Assembly (NCBI GenBank): GCA_030704615.1 | Contig: CM060732.1 | Coordinates: 60,016,001 to 60,080,000, forward strand | Reading direction: 5' to 3' | DNA length: 64,000 nucleotides | DNA from: Takakia lepidozioides | Taxonomy: Eukaryota > Plantae > Bryophyta | Shown here: one piece after another, positions 37,380-51,168 of the stretch | Numbering within the stretch: the stretch's first letter is position 1 | Layout: each line of letters begins with the position of its first letter | Program-made: the position numbers and the translations under genes | The notes under the pieces: generated by a model | The model's input: the letters and a program-made list of their open reading frames with translations, nothing else | Told to the model about the DNA's origin: nothing | The model's database searches: none

Positions 37380-40300
37380 TCACCAGTAATCCCCACAAGA
37401 ACAAATCCCATCTTCAAAGTGGTGAAAGCGGTTAGCGTCCCGTACAACAATTGCTCGGCCAAGAATCTTTGAGATGAATTTGGTGGAGGTGTGGCAGTCA
37501 CCACACACTCGAAGATTCTTGATGAGACGGAGAGGCGTCCTAGGGGTCGTGCTGATCAGCCCAAAACCAATGGCCAGCTTCTCACTGTGGTGGCAAAGAG
37601 AAAATTCCTTTTCGTCCTCCCCCACATCATGCAATACAAAGCGTGTGTCAGGCACATACCCCGCTTCCCTCATCTGCCCAGACAATCTTCTCAGCTCAGC
37701 ATGGATTTCCTTAATTCTGGGATGCAACTTGTCATCTACAACGAAAAGGTGCACCCTGTTGCCAACCTCAATGCTGCAGCGACCTGGCTCCTTTCTAACC
37801 CCTCTGACCTTCATCATTCTTCTCACCTTTGCAGTATCATCCCACATGCCAGCTGCAGCATAGATGTTTGATAGCAACACATAAGTCGCGGCATCCTGTT
37901 CATCCCACTTGAGGATAGATGTTGCCGCACGTTCAGCCATCTCCACATTGCCATGGATTCTGCAGGCACCAAGCAAGGCCTTCCACACCACAACATCTGG
38001 GTTGATTGGCATTTTATTAATCAGGTCCACTGCCTCATCCAGTTGTCCTGCACGTCCAAGAAGGTCCACCATACAGCCAAAGTGCTTTACTGTCGGAGTG
38101 ACACCATGATCTTGACTCAGGGAATCAAAGTAGCGTCTTCCTTCATTCAGTAGGCCAGTGTGGCTGCATGCAGAGAGAACACATATAAAGGTGATACTGT
38201 CCGGCTTGAAGCCATTCTTTTGCATTCCTTCAAATAGTTGCAGGACCTCCCTATGACAACCATGCTGGGCATATCCTGCGATCATCGCGTTCCACGACAC
38301 CACATTTCTTTCAGCCATATTGTTAAACACTCCCTTTGCATCCTCAATGCACCCACATTTGGCATACATGTCCACGAGGGTATTGTTCAGAATGACATTT
38401 GGTACAATTCCAGCTTTGACGATGTCATGCCTGGACCTCTTTGCCCTTCCCAGTGCTGCCAGGCTTGCACACGCATTGCAAACGCAAATTTGCATTCCTT
38501 CAAATAGTTGCAGGACCTCCCTATGACAACCATGCTGGGCATATCCTGCGATCATCGCGTTCCACGACACCACATTTCTTTCAGCCATATTGTTAAACAC
38601 TCCCTTTGCATCCTCAATGCAACCCACATTTGGCATACATGTCCACGAGGGTATTGTTCAGAATGACATTTGGTACAATTCCAGCTTTGACGATGTCACC
38701 ATGGACCTCTTTGCCCTTTCCCAGTGCTGCCAGGCTTGCACACGCATTGCAAACGCAAACAAACGTGATGTGGTTGGGCTTCACCCCTCCTGTATCATTT
38801 GCTCATAGGTCTCCAAAGCCTCCATCCACGCCCTTGTTGTGCATAATCCTGCGATCATCGCACTCCATGACACCACATCCTCGTTCAGCCTAATTGTCAA
38901 ACACTCCTTTGCATCCCCTCGATGCACCCACATTTGGCATACATGTCCACGAGGGTATTGTTCAGAATGACATTTGGTACAATTCCAGCTTTGACGATGT
39001 CACCATGGACCTCTTTGCCCTTTCCCAGTGCTGCCAGGCTTGCACACGCATTGCAAACGCAAACAAACGTGATGTGGTTGGGCTTCACACCCCTTCCTGT
39101 ATCATTTTCTCATAGGTCCTCCAAGCCTCCATCCCACGCCTTGTGTGCATATGCATATTCCTGCGATCATCGCACTCCATGACACCACATCTTGTTCAGC
39201 CATATTGTCAAACACTCCCTTTGCATCCATCCTCGATGCACCCACATTTGGCATACATGTCCACGAGGGTATTGTTCAGAATGACATGGGTACAATTCCA
39301 TTCCAGCTTTGACGATGTCACCATGGACCTCTTTGGCCTTTTCCAGATCTGCCAGGCTTGCACACGCATTGCAAACGCCAACAAATGTGATGTGGTCGGG
39401 TTTCACGCCTTTGCCCATCATTTGCTCGTAGGTCTCCAAAGCCTGCATCGCGCACCCCTGCTGTGCATATCCTGCGATCATTGCGCTCCACGACACCACA
39501 TCTCGTTTAGCCATATTGTCAAACACTCGCTTTGCATCCTCAATGCAATGCACCCACATTTGGCATACATGTCCACCAGGGCAGAGTTCAGAATTACCAT
39601 TGGGTTACAATCCAGCTTTGACAATGTCACATGCACCTCTTTTGCCTTTTTTCCGAGCTGCCAGACTTGCACATTGCATTGCAAATGCACACAAACGTAA
39701 TGTGGTTCGGGCTTCACCCCTTCACCCATCATTTGATCATAGGTCTCCAAAGCCTCCATCCCACGTCCCTGCTGTGCATACCCTGCAAGCATCGCGTTCC
39801 ACGACACCACATCTCGTTCAGCCATAGTGTTGAAAACTCCCTTAGCATCATTAATGCACCCACATTTGGCATACATGTCCCCCAGGCAGGAGGGCAGTGT
39901 TCAGAATGACATCTGGTACACTTTCCCAGCTTTTGACGATGTCACCATGGACCTCTTTTCCCCTTTTCCCCAGAGCTCCCAGGGCTTGCACACGCTTTGC
40001 AAACACAAACAAATGTGATGTGGTTGGGCTTCAACCCCTTCGTGCAGCATTTGCTCATAGGTCTCCAACGCATTCCTACACACCCATGCTTGTAAAAAAA
40101 TCCTGGCCAACAATATATTCCACGTGATCAAAGATCGTTGAGGCATTCTGTTGAACACTTGGTGAGCACCCATGATGTCTCCCGCACTTAACATACATGT
40201 TGAGAAGGGTGTTGAGTAGAAAAAACATTTGGCGTGAATCCACTTTGGATAATGTGAGTGTGCACCTCTTCTTCCTTCCAGCTTCCAGACCTTTCATCGT

Positions 40301-40500
40301 GATGCACTTAAGCAAGAGACAGGCACATACGTATCTGAATCTGCTGAAATGCCTCCTTGTTTTAAAGTCTGTAGAGCCTCTGTCAGTCTGCCCTGCCTCA
40401 CAAAGCATCTTCAACATGCCCAGAAGTGCCAGAAGAGCATTGTGGACTCCCTCTCCTGATCCTCTTTCAGAAGCTGTGGTCATGGTTGAGGTGCCTGATT
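37380..40500 (-). CDS. PLS-class PPR protein with E/E+ and intact DYW deaminase domain (organellar C-to-U editing factor); upstream array frameshifted in this sequence
   Basis: Open 3' 418 aa: PG box, HSEKLA, CGDCH, RDANRFHHF, terminal CSCGDYW. About 7 similar ~300-nt P-L-S units lie upstream with many 1-nt indels, so it is either a gene with sequencing errors or a young pseudogene. Confidence 0.85.
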
Positions 40501-42026
40501 TGAATCAACTGTGCCGCTGCAGCAGCTCCTTCAGTTTGACCATCTACCCCATGCAGGTTTCTTGTAGCTATTTGATGCACAGGGAATCAAGTAATCTTGT
40601 GCTTGAAATCTGGCCCTCCCTTGATGAATCTGGCCCACCCTCCTACCCTGCTCCATCAGCTATCACTGCCTCTGCACAAATCATGAGTACATCCTTGCCT
40701 TGCTGCTAGCAGCTGACAATGACAGCCTAGATTTGTTCTAGGAAACACCCAACTCAACTTATCACGCTAGTTCCTATGCTCCATTGCATCTGCTACTCTC
40801 TGTAAAATCCAACAGGCATTCACCCTTTTTTGCCTCGATTGTCCCACCATTGACTGGGGTCAGAAAAGTATTCATTTCATTCACAGCTTCTCCTCGTCTG
40901 TCTTAACTACCTGTTTCTTTTCTCTGGTACTTCCTGTTGTCACATTGCAGTATCATGTCAAAGTCCACTCCCAACTATCAAAGATTCACTCAACCAGCTT
41001 AACTTGCAGAATTAATTTAGGGCTGATTTCTGATAAGAGAAAAACAGGGTGAAATGTGTTGAAGAAGGTGCCTTCACTAGCAGTGCCTGATTTTATCAAT
41101 TGTGCCGCAGCTGCTGCAGCTTCCAGTTAACCATCTACCCATGCAGGTTTTTTGTAGCTTATCCCTCCAAAGGGAATCATAGGTAATCTTGAGCTTGAAA
41201 TCCGGCCCTCTGGGATGCATCTGGACCCAAACCCTATCCCTGCTCCTTCAGCTATCCATGCTTTGGCACAAATCATGCATGTATCCTTGCTTGGGGCTGC
41301 CTAGCAGCTGAACAATGAACACGCCTAGATGTGTTTCTAAGCAAACAGCAAACACCCCAACCTACTATCACACTAGTTCCTACGCTGGACTTGCAGCTTC
41401 CAACAGGCATTCATCATCATTCACCTTTTTTTTCCCTCGATTGTTCCACACCCTTGATGACTGTGGTCAGAAACATATTCATTCCAGAGGTTTTCCTCGT
41501 CTCTGTTATCTGTTTTTTCGATACTTCCCTGTTTGCCACAAGAAATTTGCAGTACATGTCAAAATCACTCCAAAAACACCATAGATCCACCTACGAGCTA
41601 ACTTGCAGAATTCAACCTGAAAATTTAGGGACGACTCTGCTCACAGCAAAAACAGGCTAAAATTGTTGAAGAAGGTGCCTTCCAGTGTCCTTCCATCATT
41701 AGCAGTGCCTGGTTCTATCAATTGTGATGCTGCCACTGCTGTTTCCAGTGAACCATCTACCTGCGCAGGTTTCTTGTAGCTATTGATCCACAGGGAATCA
41801 GAAGTAATCTTGTGTTTTGAAATCTGGCCCTCTTGGATGAATCTGGACCTCTATATCCCTGTCCTTCCAGCTATCCCTGCCTGTGTACAAATCATGTACA
41901 AATCATGAATTACACAAATCCTCAGTCCACCCAACGAGCTAACTTACAGAATTCAATATGCAAATTCAGGGCCGAGTCTGATGAGAGGGCAAAACAGGCT
42001 GAAATAGGTCGAAGAAGAAGGTGCCC
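40491..42026 (-). repeat. Tandem triplication (~590-620 bp units, third internally deleted) of the PPR 5' leader
   Basis: gtgcctg...atcaa.tgtg...accatctacc..gcaggttt at 40491, 41083 and 41705. Each unit ends gaagaaggtgcc. Confidence 0.85.
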
Positions 42027-43294
42027 TCACCGCATTGTCCTTGACCTTGTGTCATGACCCATGGAGGATTTGGCCGACCATCAACCCATGGAGGATTTTG
42101 GCCGACCATCATCAACCAAAAGACCTCTGTTTTTGTTGCTTGTGTCTGTATTCAGGTAATGTCGGATTGGTCTTTGAGAACCACCACTGTGCAGCTGAGC
42201 AGGCATAGATTGAAACACGGCCTGCTAAGTCCAACGACTCTCCCAGAACCTTGTAAACATCAGGAAGAATACAAAATCAATGTACAAACAGGAAGAGCCA
42301 GGAGCCCACATCTGCAGGATGGACAAACTTCTTCACATCATTAATAAAAAGCCACACCTTGCAATTGCGGTTGTCCCACCATCGTGAAGGATCTTTAAAA
42401 ACTCATGCCAGCTCGCTCCGTGCTCCAGGTAGAGGTTTGTGCTCGAAAATCCGACAGCACAACATTTTGACAGGTCCTTTAACTGAGGGGTGCTAGTGAT
42501 CTTTCAGCAACATTCATGCAAGTTGTTTTGGGCTCCATTGGGCTCTACACGATGAGGAACAACGAACATGTCCAGACTTACATAGATGCTAACCCAGCTT
42601 ACTATGTTTTCAGTCTGAAGATTGTAGAGTGGTCTCTGAAAACGACCAGGGAGGAAGGCGCTGAGCAGCCAGAGTCTTTTACCCTGGGTCTTGGCCACTG
42701 TTGGGCGGGTATTACTTCTTGTCACCAAGACCAGAGAAGAAGGAGACAAACAGAATGAGGCTTTTCCAATTACTTTAATTGGCCTCATTCTGTTTGTCTT
42801 CTTCTTCTCCGGTATTGGTGACGAAGCAGTGTCTTCCTGGGTCAGCCTCTATGGCACCCGCTTGAGAGGTTATGTTTTCCCTCCTTGTCATTTAACCCTT
42901 AGAGGACGCGCTATTTTTGGGTGAGCCCACTAAAAAAGGGTGCATAGGTGTAACTTCTTACCCCCAATCATCCATGGGGATGAACCTTATACTTATGTTC
43001 ATATCTACTACCATAGTTGGGCAGGCTGATCCGGCACTAAATAATTAGAAATGAATCTGCCTAATAATTAAGTGAAAATTTAGGAAAAAACTGCCGAAAT
43101 TCCGAAACGTTTAAAGAAAATGCCTAAAATCCCAAGCAAACTCCAAATATCAAATCTCAAATGCATGTTTCAAGGCATAAAGCTCTAGGAAAATATTTTC
43201 CTTAGCTCTGAGAAATCCTAGAATAATCGGCTGAACAATCACTGCATTTGAGGATTGACCAGATGCTCTCTTGGCTCTAACAAACACCCACATA

Positions 43295-43450
43295 AAAAAA
43301 TTGTTTTGTTTTTTTTGAAAAAAAAGAGAAATACCTGGGAGCGACAGCTCACAAATCAGGCCCCTTGATAGTGAGAGGAGAAAATAACCTCTTCCATTTA
43401 TGCGCCATGGAGGCGAATGAGTGGACACCGCCCACGAACCATACCACAAC
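43295..43450 (-). mobile_element. Short 3'-terminal fragment of the local L1 family
   Basis: aaaataacctc...gccatggaggc...ggacaccgccc matches the 3' UTR of the L1 at 48545-51400, and it has an A-rich tail on the minus strand. Confidence 0.6.
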
Positions 43451-44499
43451 CGTCAGTAGCAAGATTTGACCCAGAATCATCTGGGTGGCACCTCAGTGCA
43501 CTGAACCATTTGAGCTACTGTATTTTTGGTACATCATTCTCTTACCACATCTGGTACAATAGATAGAGCAAGTTCATGCAGGGAGTCACCGCCGAATTAC
43601 TTAAAATCTCCTCGTAAAATCTAGAAATTTTCCTTAGTTGTGCCAGAGTGTTTTGTTGTAAAGAAAATAAATATTCGGCACTTCACTACCTGCGCTGTAG
43701 GGTAGATCCATGTCCTGTCAAAAATGTAGGCAAATTGACCGTTGCATTCGGGAGATTATACCAAACTAATATGCCCCAATTTGTAATAAATTCAAAATTG
43801 CATGGAAAAATTGTTTGACCACAAAATTGAAGTATCGAGTTGAATCTTTCTAGACAAAGGCCCTCCATCTGATTATATGGCACCTAACTACTGCCTCCCC
43901 AAAACCTAAGACGAAAATTCCAAAAACTTAGATAGGCTGCCTTGTATGTGAAATCTGGGGGGTAAATTATCTTTTTTTGGCTTCTTTTCCATACCCCATT
44001 GTTTTCCAATTCCTCTGGTAAGTAAGTGCACAGTAACATTTCCTGGTGCCTTGTCCAAAACTTTGGGCATTATGACAAATTTTCAGCCCTAGATGTTATT
44101 TTGAAGATTGCCCATACGTTGGCGGCCACGTGGGCAGGTCAATGGTGCTCTAACACTGGATTTCCTGAAACCTGGCACTTTGCAAAATTCTAGGGAGCAC
44201 AACTTTTATGATTATTTGGCGCTGTAAAGTCCCTCACTGACATCTACAATTCATCTTCAAGGTTCACTTCCATCCACTATCATCCATGGGAATTGGAGTC
44301 TGGCAAGTAATCTGACGCGACCCGATCCCGGTAGTGTCGTCCTTTAGGGGTTAAAAGGGAACACCCGACGGACTGCTCTAAAAAATTCATAATTAAAAAA
44401 CACAAAAATCAATACTAGCAGCCGGTTCCAGAGTATTAGAATATTCACTAAACTTTAATATCCCCTGGTTCTAAGTAATTCTAGTAGTATGAGGGAACC

Positions 44500-46925
44500 C
44501 CCTATTATGATGCGCGACGATACAGTTCTTCTGCAAGTGTTCGGCAGCTAACGTTGAAGGGACTCTCTCGGCTCTTTCTTCTTTCTGCGCTGCATCTGGT
44601 CTTAAAGTTAATTGGAAGAAGTCAGTGGGTATTCTGTCGAAGCTCTCCATCAATGCTCCTCTGCCACATATTGCCCTGTGGGGAGATAACTTGGGCTTAA
44701 GATAGTTGCAGGATGGTCAATTGCATACCTTGGTAGGTCACCTGGTTGGGCATGGCCTAACTGATCTTCATCGTTTTGAGATAGTTCTGGCCAAGATCAA
44801 ACGGAGTCTTTCTTACTGGTCTTCCCTGCATTTATCCATTACAGGAAGAGCTATTGTGGCAAACCAAGTTATTCTTGCCTCTTCCTGGTTCTCTGCTTCG
44901 GTTTGGTATCCAGGAGCCCAAATTGTTAAGCAAATCCAGGCTATGACTAAGAACTTCGTGTGGGGAGGCACCTCAGCTTCTCCCAACATAAGAGTTTTGG
45001 TCACCTGGTCCCAGATTACGCAGAAGAGGAAATTTGGCGGGTTGGGTATCCTTGACCCACAAATCGTTTCCCTGCTCGCCAAATGGGTTCCGAGAGTTTT
45101 TATGAATCTCTCTGCTCCCTGGATCTTAATTGTAAGATGCCACATCCTCGACACCCATCTGTCTCCTGGTGCTTGGCCACAGTTTCTTAGATAGATTGTT
45201 CAAGGGGGGAGATCTTCCAGATCAGCGGGGGCCATCGGCTCAAAGGCTTGGCAATCGATTTGGGCAGCATGGCTGCGGTGAGACCTTACTTGTTCTAGAC
45301 TATCCCCTCTTTGGTGGAGGAGGTGTTAAGACAGCCAATATTTGGGAACTTTAACGCGGATTCGGATGTCCTTATTAAGTGTTCAAGTAAGTGGGCTTCT
45401 TGGGAACTGGTAGGGGTTTCTAATTTCTATTGGTACGATGGAGCTTTCCTCCCGAGGCTTGTTACTACTGCAGCACTGTCGAAGAGGAAAGCAAACGCCT
45501 GGGATACCATCGTTTCAAACATTCCCCCTCGTTGGATCTCTATATGTTCCCTTCCATTCAATCAAAGGGCCCTCCCAACTTGGCTGGAAGGGGGTGCCAG
45601 TGGATCGTTATTTGCCTTCTATGCCATCTTCAGGGACTCTCAATCTCTATTCAGTTTGAAGTTTATTATGCACACTGACGGCTCCTTGGTCTTTCCCCGC
45701 CCCGCTTCACATCAAGAATCCGATTTATTTCCTATTAGGGTATTTTCGGTTATCTCTGGTGTTTGTGATCCTGTGCCCCACGTTAACCTCGCGCATTACA
45801 ACGATTCTTTCATCTGGTTTCTTTCTGCTCTTCTTCGGTTGTTGCAATTTGACCCCGCAGAATGGCACTAGATGGATAAGAAACACACCATTTTTTTTGG
45901 GTTCACGGTGAAGTTTGCTTATTCTCTCCTCAGGCCTCCTCTGATTTTCACTAGTAAATGGAACTCTAAGTGGAGGCATCTGCCTACCCTCCCTGCAGAT
46001 TGAAAGTCCATTTGGAGAGATATATGGAGAAAGGATAGGGCTGCGAAGGTCTCAAGGTTCTTATGGAAGATTGCTAATAGAATTTTACCGATTTTCCAGT
46101 TCATTCCTGTTCTTTTGTCTTTTGGCCTCTGTTTGATTTGCCAGGCAGGTCAAGATGAAACTATAGAGCACTGCTTGGTGTCCTGTCCCCTGGCTACGTT
46201 CATATGGTCTCGTGTATGCAGATTCTATCAGTTTTGGAACCTGAATGCTTTCATATACACATATGTCTTGCTTTTGAATTTGCATAATGGAGCGTTATGG
46301 AGCACTTGCCAAGTATGGGCAGTTCTAAGGGCCCATACACTATGGAACGTGTGGAAGGACAGATGCTCGCTAGTTTATGGGGGGACTCAGCCTTGTGTGA
46401 AATTGTTGCTACATAGAGTTCACTCAGACCTTATGTCTGAGGCTCGGAAAGCTTAGAGGGTTTTGGGTGTAGCTCTTGCTAGATGCGCGCAAAGAAGGAG
46501 GCTGCAGCTACTCTCTTGCTTTGATAATACCTGGGGGAACGGCGGACTCCTCTGCTCAAGATCATCAGAATCAACAGTTGTTTGGAACGACAAACTCCCA
46601 CCATATTGGCAGCTCTACTAGTGCGCAAGAATCCCTGCAGCATGAGGACTCGGATGTGAATTGGTGACACAAGCGCCTCAGGAAGGGCAAATCTAAAGCG
46701 CACATTTCTTTTTATATCTCTTCTCGTTAGTCTTAGTATATCTTCCTCCTCTTCGCAGATCCATCTCGGATTCTGCCTGGTAGTATAGGATCTAGGCCAC
46801 GGGGCAGTGTCCCATTTTTTCATCCTCATGGTTGTTTCTCCGAGGTTATTTTTTCCTCGTTTTTTAAATAAATTCCCAGGGCGCCGTCCCTTGTTCTTCT
46901 TAAGAAATAAAAAAAATAAAAAAAT
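44500..46925 (+). mobile_element. 5'-truncated, decayed L1-clade LINE
   Basis: DDTVLL...FCAASGLKVNWKKS, LSITGRAIVANQVI, FVWGG, KFGGLGI, LLAKW, zf-RVT WRDIW...FLWKI...CLIC...ETIEHCLVSCP, LWNVWKDR, and an A-rich tail at ~46905-46925. Confidence 0.9.
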
Positions 46926-47068
46926 AGTATGACTTAAGTTGATTTGCAAACGAGTATCAATAGGACGGATATTCTGATTTTGATACCAACTGCTGGTAAG
47001 TTATCAAACCAGGTATAAATAACTAAAATTAAAATTAAAGTAATAGCCATTTTTTTTATTTTATTTTT

Positions 47069-47593
47069 TCTAATGAACAGGGGACAATTGCCCTGGGAAC
47101 TTTAATTGGGATTATTGGAGGGAAAAAATGAAACCCTCTCGTACACCATATAAGGCACACACACCGTAGTTAGTGAACAAATCATTAACATCAATATATG
47201 AATCGAGACGTTTGTTTTGTTTTGTTTTGTTTTGTAGATTAATTGAGATGTCCCCAACCGCGAGGCCCCAGCCCTGGTGCTTGGTACCATTGGAAAGCCC
47301 TCGACGAGGAGGGGTGCATGGGCTTGGTCTCATGATTTTTGGACCTGTGGTGTGGGAGATATGGAATTTCAAGTACTTTGGGTCGCTGGAAATTCCCGAA
47401 AAATAGCAAAGTGGGAATTCCTAGGACAATGGTTGGAGCCTCGAGAGGAGAGATATCAAGGAAAGGTCTCATGTTCAAATCTGGTCGTAGGCTATGTGGA
47501 AAAAAAATGATTAAATATGGTTTGCTTCATATATTGATGCACTTGGACTTAGATGACATTGGACACTTGGGCCAACGTCACAGGCTACCCTAG
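47069..47593 (+). mobile_element. Probable non-autonomous Helitron
   Basis: 5' TC after a T-run and 3' ...cacttgggccaacgtcacaggctaccCTAG followed by T. No TIR or TSD, and the subterminal hairpin is degenerate. Confidence 0.45.
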
Positions 47594-48174
47594 TATCTTT
47601 AATTTAGAAGCATATTCTTTTTCTTTTTCTCTTTTTGAGAAAGGGGACATCATACTTGATTTCCCAAAGAAATTAAAATATTTTGTTGCAAAAGTTAGAC
47701 TTTGCATTACATAAAAATATTACAGATTTTAGTTTGCAAAGTGAAGCCAATCAGGTGAAAGAAAACTACAGCGGGTCTTGAGGTGGGCCGCAGAAAGTCA
47801 GGGCCCTAGGTCTTGGGATGGGCTCCCAGATAAGCAAACCCTACCCGACATGTGTTAAACAAGCGGCTCCGCCACGAAAGGCTATGTCTTTGCTCTTTCC
47901 TTCGGTAATTTTGGGGTTGTTGTTTTAGAGAGAGAGAGAGGACTCCGACTGAAACCGGCGTAAGAGCCACTTCGCCTTGAGGCTACTGCCCCCTTTGGGG
48001 GGTGGGGGGTGTACCCTATGTTGTTGTTTTATACTTTTTCCACAGCTTAATGAATCATGCCTATCAACCCTCCATAGACTAGGCTTAATGGATAAGCCTA
48101 GTTTTCCGCCTAGGCAAGATGTCTTCACAATGGCTCTATCCCTTGCGGATTAGAGCCAATAAAAATGAAGAATA

Positions 48175-48358
48175 GAGGACAACCAGCATGTAGCCCAGTG
48201 GTAATGGGCACATACCACGTTGGATGTGGTTGTGGGGGTTCAAACCACGGTCTGGTGTGCCATAAGGTGTCTACCTTTCAACAGGAAGGTAGTTACAGCC
48301 TTAGTGGTGAAGAGAGACCATAATTTACGCTCCCTTCGGAAGGCGTCGATTTTTTATT
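48175..48358 (+). mobile_element. tRNA-derived SINE, copy 2
   Basis: Collinear with 1838-2020. A box TAGCCCAGTGG, B box GGTTCAAACC, T-rich tail, TSD TGAAGAATA (48166-48174 and 48359-48367). Confidence 0.85.
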
Positions 48359-48653
48359 TGAAGAATACTGGTGGGCCCTTTGGGTTGGACATGCCCTACC
48401 CTCTTATGTGCCCAACCTTATATCTACACATGTGTACGGTTCTTTTGCCCTCAATACGTGTATTGCGTGGGTATTGCCTTTGTCAATATGCCCATACGAT
48501 ATAAGGTATTGACATAGGTATTGGAATAGCCAATACCAAGAGGATATATATTTTTATTTTTTATTTTTTATTTTTTCGAGGGCCTGAGAGAGGCCAATTT
48601 TATTTTTTTAAATGAGGAAAAAATAACCTCACATGACAGGCCATGGAGGCTAA

Positions 48654-48982
48654 GAGCATCTCCACCAGGGGTCCCTAAATGCCACGGCTACGGCAAAGGA
48701 GCCCCCGGCCCTGGTATCTGCACCCCCAGGGCCCGTACTTTGGTACAAAATACCGTGCAACTAAGCCCGACCGATATCTACTGGAGAGACACGACTTCCG
48801 TGCATTTATGGCGTGAGGGTAAGGCCGTGTCTGCCAAGCGGGCCCTCCGTAGCAAGGCACATCAGCAAAAATGACATGTGCAGGACAGTTTGATGAGGTT
48901 GCCGCTGGGGGGAGGGGAGTGTTGGAGGCCGCGGGAATGTATTGTTGCAGGGTTGTTTGGTGTACCCCCGGTGGAGATGCTC
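48654..48982. mobile_element. Tourist (PIF/Harbinger) MITE inserted in the L1 3' UTR
   Basis: TIR GAGCATCTCCACC(A/G)GGGG at both ends, with TAA TSDs at 48651-48653 and 48983-48985. Confidence 0.93.
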
Positions 48983-51128
48983 TAAGGAAGGGGACACCGC
49001 CCCGTAACCAGAATGACCGATAATCATATCATAATCCTAATAGAAAGTATAAAAGATAATATGTAAAGTGGTTCTGGCCTCTTCTGCACTTTGAGGATTC
49101 TAAGGAAAGTCGGGCCTTGGACTTTTCCTTTCTGAAACTGCGGTGATGTCTCCAATTTACATGTGATTCATCACAATCAGCGGAGGAAAGGCGGGTGCTA
49201 ACCGAGCTGCCAACACATCGGGAGGTCGTCATTTCACCTAATGGTGGTATCGGAGGTTCTGCTGCATAGAATGCCACCCTTTGCCCAGGTGTTGTCAAAG
49301 CCAAAATGTAACTACATTTGCCTCCTCTCGGAACATCTGGGAAAAGCTGCACAAATGCTTTCCTGGCTTGAGACAAAATGTCTGAGTGAACTCTAAACAT
49401 GATTACTTTTGCACAGCTTCTTTGTCCCTCATAGACATGACACACCTAGCTTTCCGTATATTCCATAGAGTGTGAGCTCGGAGTGCATCCCACACTGAGC
49501 ATAGACTCCAAGTGCCATATAAAAAGACATTCAACAATAAAACAAAAGGAATTAGTGAGGAGTAGCTGGAGTTCCAGTTAGTATAAAACGACAGGACAAA
49601 ATGCCAAACATGAGATGGAACATAACAAGACAGAAGGCAGTGCTCTATTGTCTCTGGTGCAGAAGATTGACATACACTACATTAATTGCCCAAACCGTCA
49701 GAGGTGGAGAGGACAAGAAGGATTCGGTTGGCAATCTTCCATAGAAAACCTGAAACTTCCATTGCTCTATATTTTCTCCAAATATTAGTCCAAATGTTCT
49801 CCCACGGCCCAGACCTGAATTGGTGATATGCCGTTATTTGGCATTCCATTTAGTTGTTAAGAGAGAGGGGGATTCATGAGGGAGTTATCCCATCTTGACC
49901 GAGTAAGCAAAAAATGGATCATATTTATTGCTAATCCAAAACCATTCCTCCGAGTCAAATTTAAGTAACTTTAGGGGGGCCATCAGGAACCACCTAATGT
50001 CCATTGGTGGGAAGTGGTCTATAACACCCGAAAGTCAGATAGAGAACTGATCTTTTTATAGCATATAATGAAACTGAATCGGGGCAGGTGGTCCAGATAG
50101 AGCCTCAAAGGTTTCCAAGAGAGTCTAGCTTGAATATCCAACCAGAATATAGTGAAGCACCAGATCTGAAGGTAGCAAATAAAGCAAAGCTAGACGTCCC
50201 TATGGTGCCTCCCAACTAGACAGGCATAATGGCATGGTTCGCAAGCAGAGAGCACAGGGAGATTGAAGAATTAAGAATGTTTTGAATGATCAGGCCGAAG
50301 CTCTTCTAGATGATATGGAGGAGCAAGATTCCTATTGTGGCAGGAAGCGACCCGAATCCCATAGATGTGAGAAGTGTCAAAATCCGCATTATAATTTAGA
50401 AATAGGGGTTGTCTGAGGGCCTCATCAACGGAGGAGGCACAAATTACTTGGGAGAGGAATTAAATGACAAATTTTTAGCCAAAAACTCCAAATAGATCTC
50501 CATACTGGGGGGTCGAGACAGATAGATCTATGTGAAGAGGATCCTTGAACCAACGCCCAATGCAATGAAATTGGCCACTGGCTAGAGATTGGAGCAGCAA
50601 ATAAATATGTTGCTTTGACCAGCATACGTATGTATACTCCATGGGGTGTTTAAATGTGGGAGAACACCTGGAACCCATTTAGCCAGGAGAAAGACTATCT
50701 GCCAAAATAGATCAATCACACCTAAACCTCCGAGTTTTTTCTTTTGGATTATTTGAGGCCAACATCTAACTAGCGCTCTTCGAGAAGGCGAGGTCGGAGT
50801 AGCTCCCCAATATTGCGACCCGTGGCTTTAACTTGTTTAATGATTACAGATCCAGGGGACCACACTGAGGCAATGAACAAAATCGAAGCTAGTAGAACTT
50901 GATTGATAGCTAGTGCTCTCCCGGTGATGGAAAGATATTGAAGAACTCCAATGAACCAACTTTTTCTTTAATTTGGTGATGACGGCAACACACCTCTGAA
51001 CATCTGTCAGTTCGTGACCGATGAGGTGACCCAGAAGGGTATGAGCTTGACCGTTGGACAGACCGAGGTTATGTCCCAAGAGGCAATGTGTGTTCGACTC
51101 GAACCAGTGTTCAACTTGGAAAGAAAGG

Positions 51129-51166
<38 letters not shown>
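51129..51166 (+). repeat. A38 homopolymer inside the L1 remnant
   Basis: Run of 38 A, which produces the spurious poly-K and poly-F ORFs. Confidence 0.9.

Positions 51167-51168
<2 letters not shown>

Noticed and set aside
41975-42012. Hammerhead ribozyme (CTGATGAG...GAAA)
   Set aside because: Stem II does not pair and the motif is not conserved in the other two repeat units.
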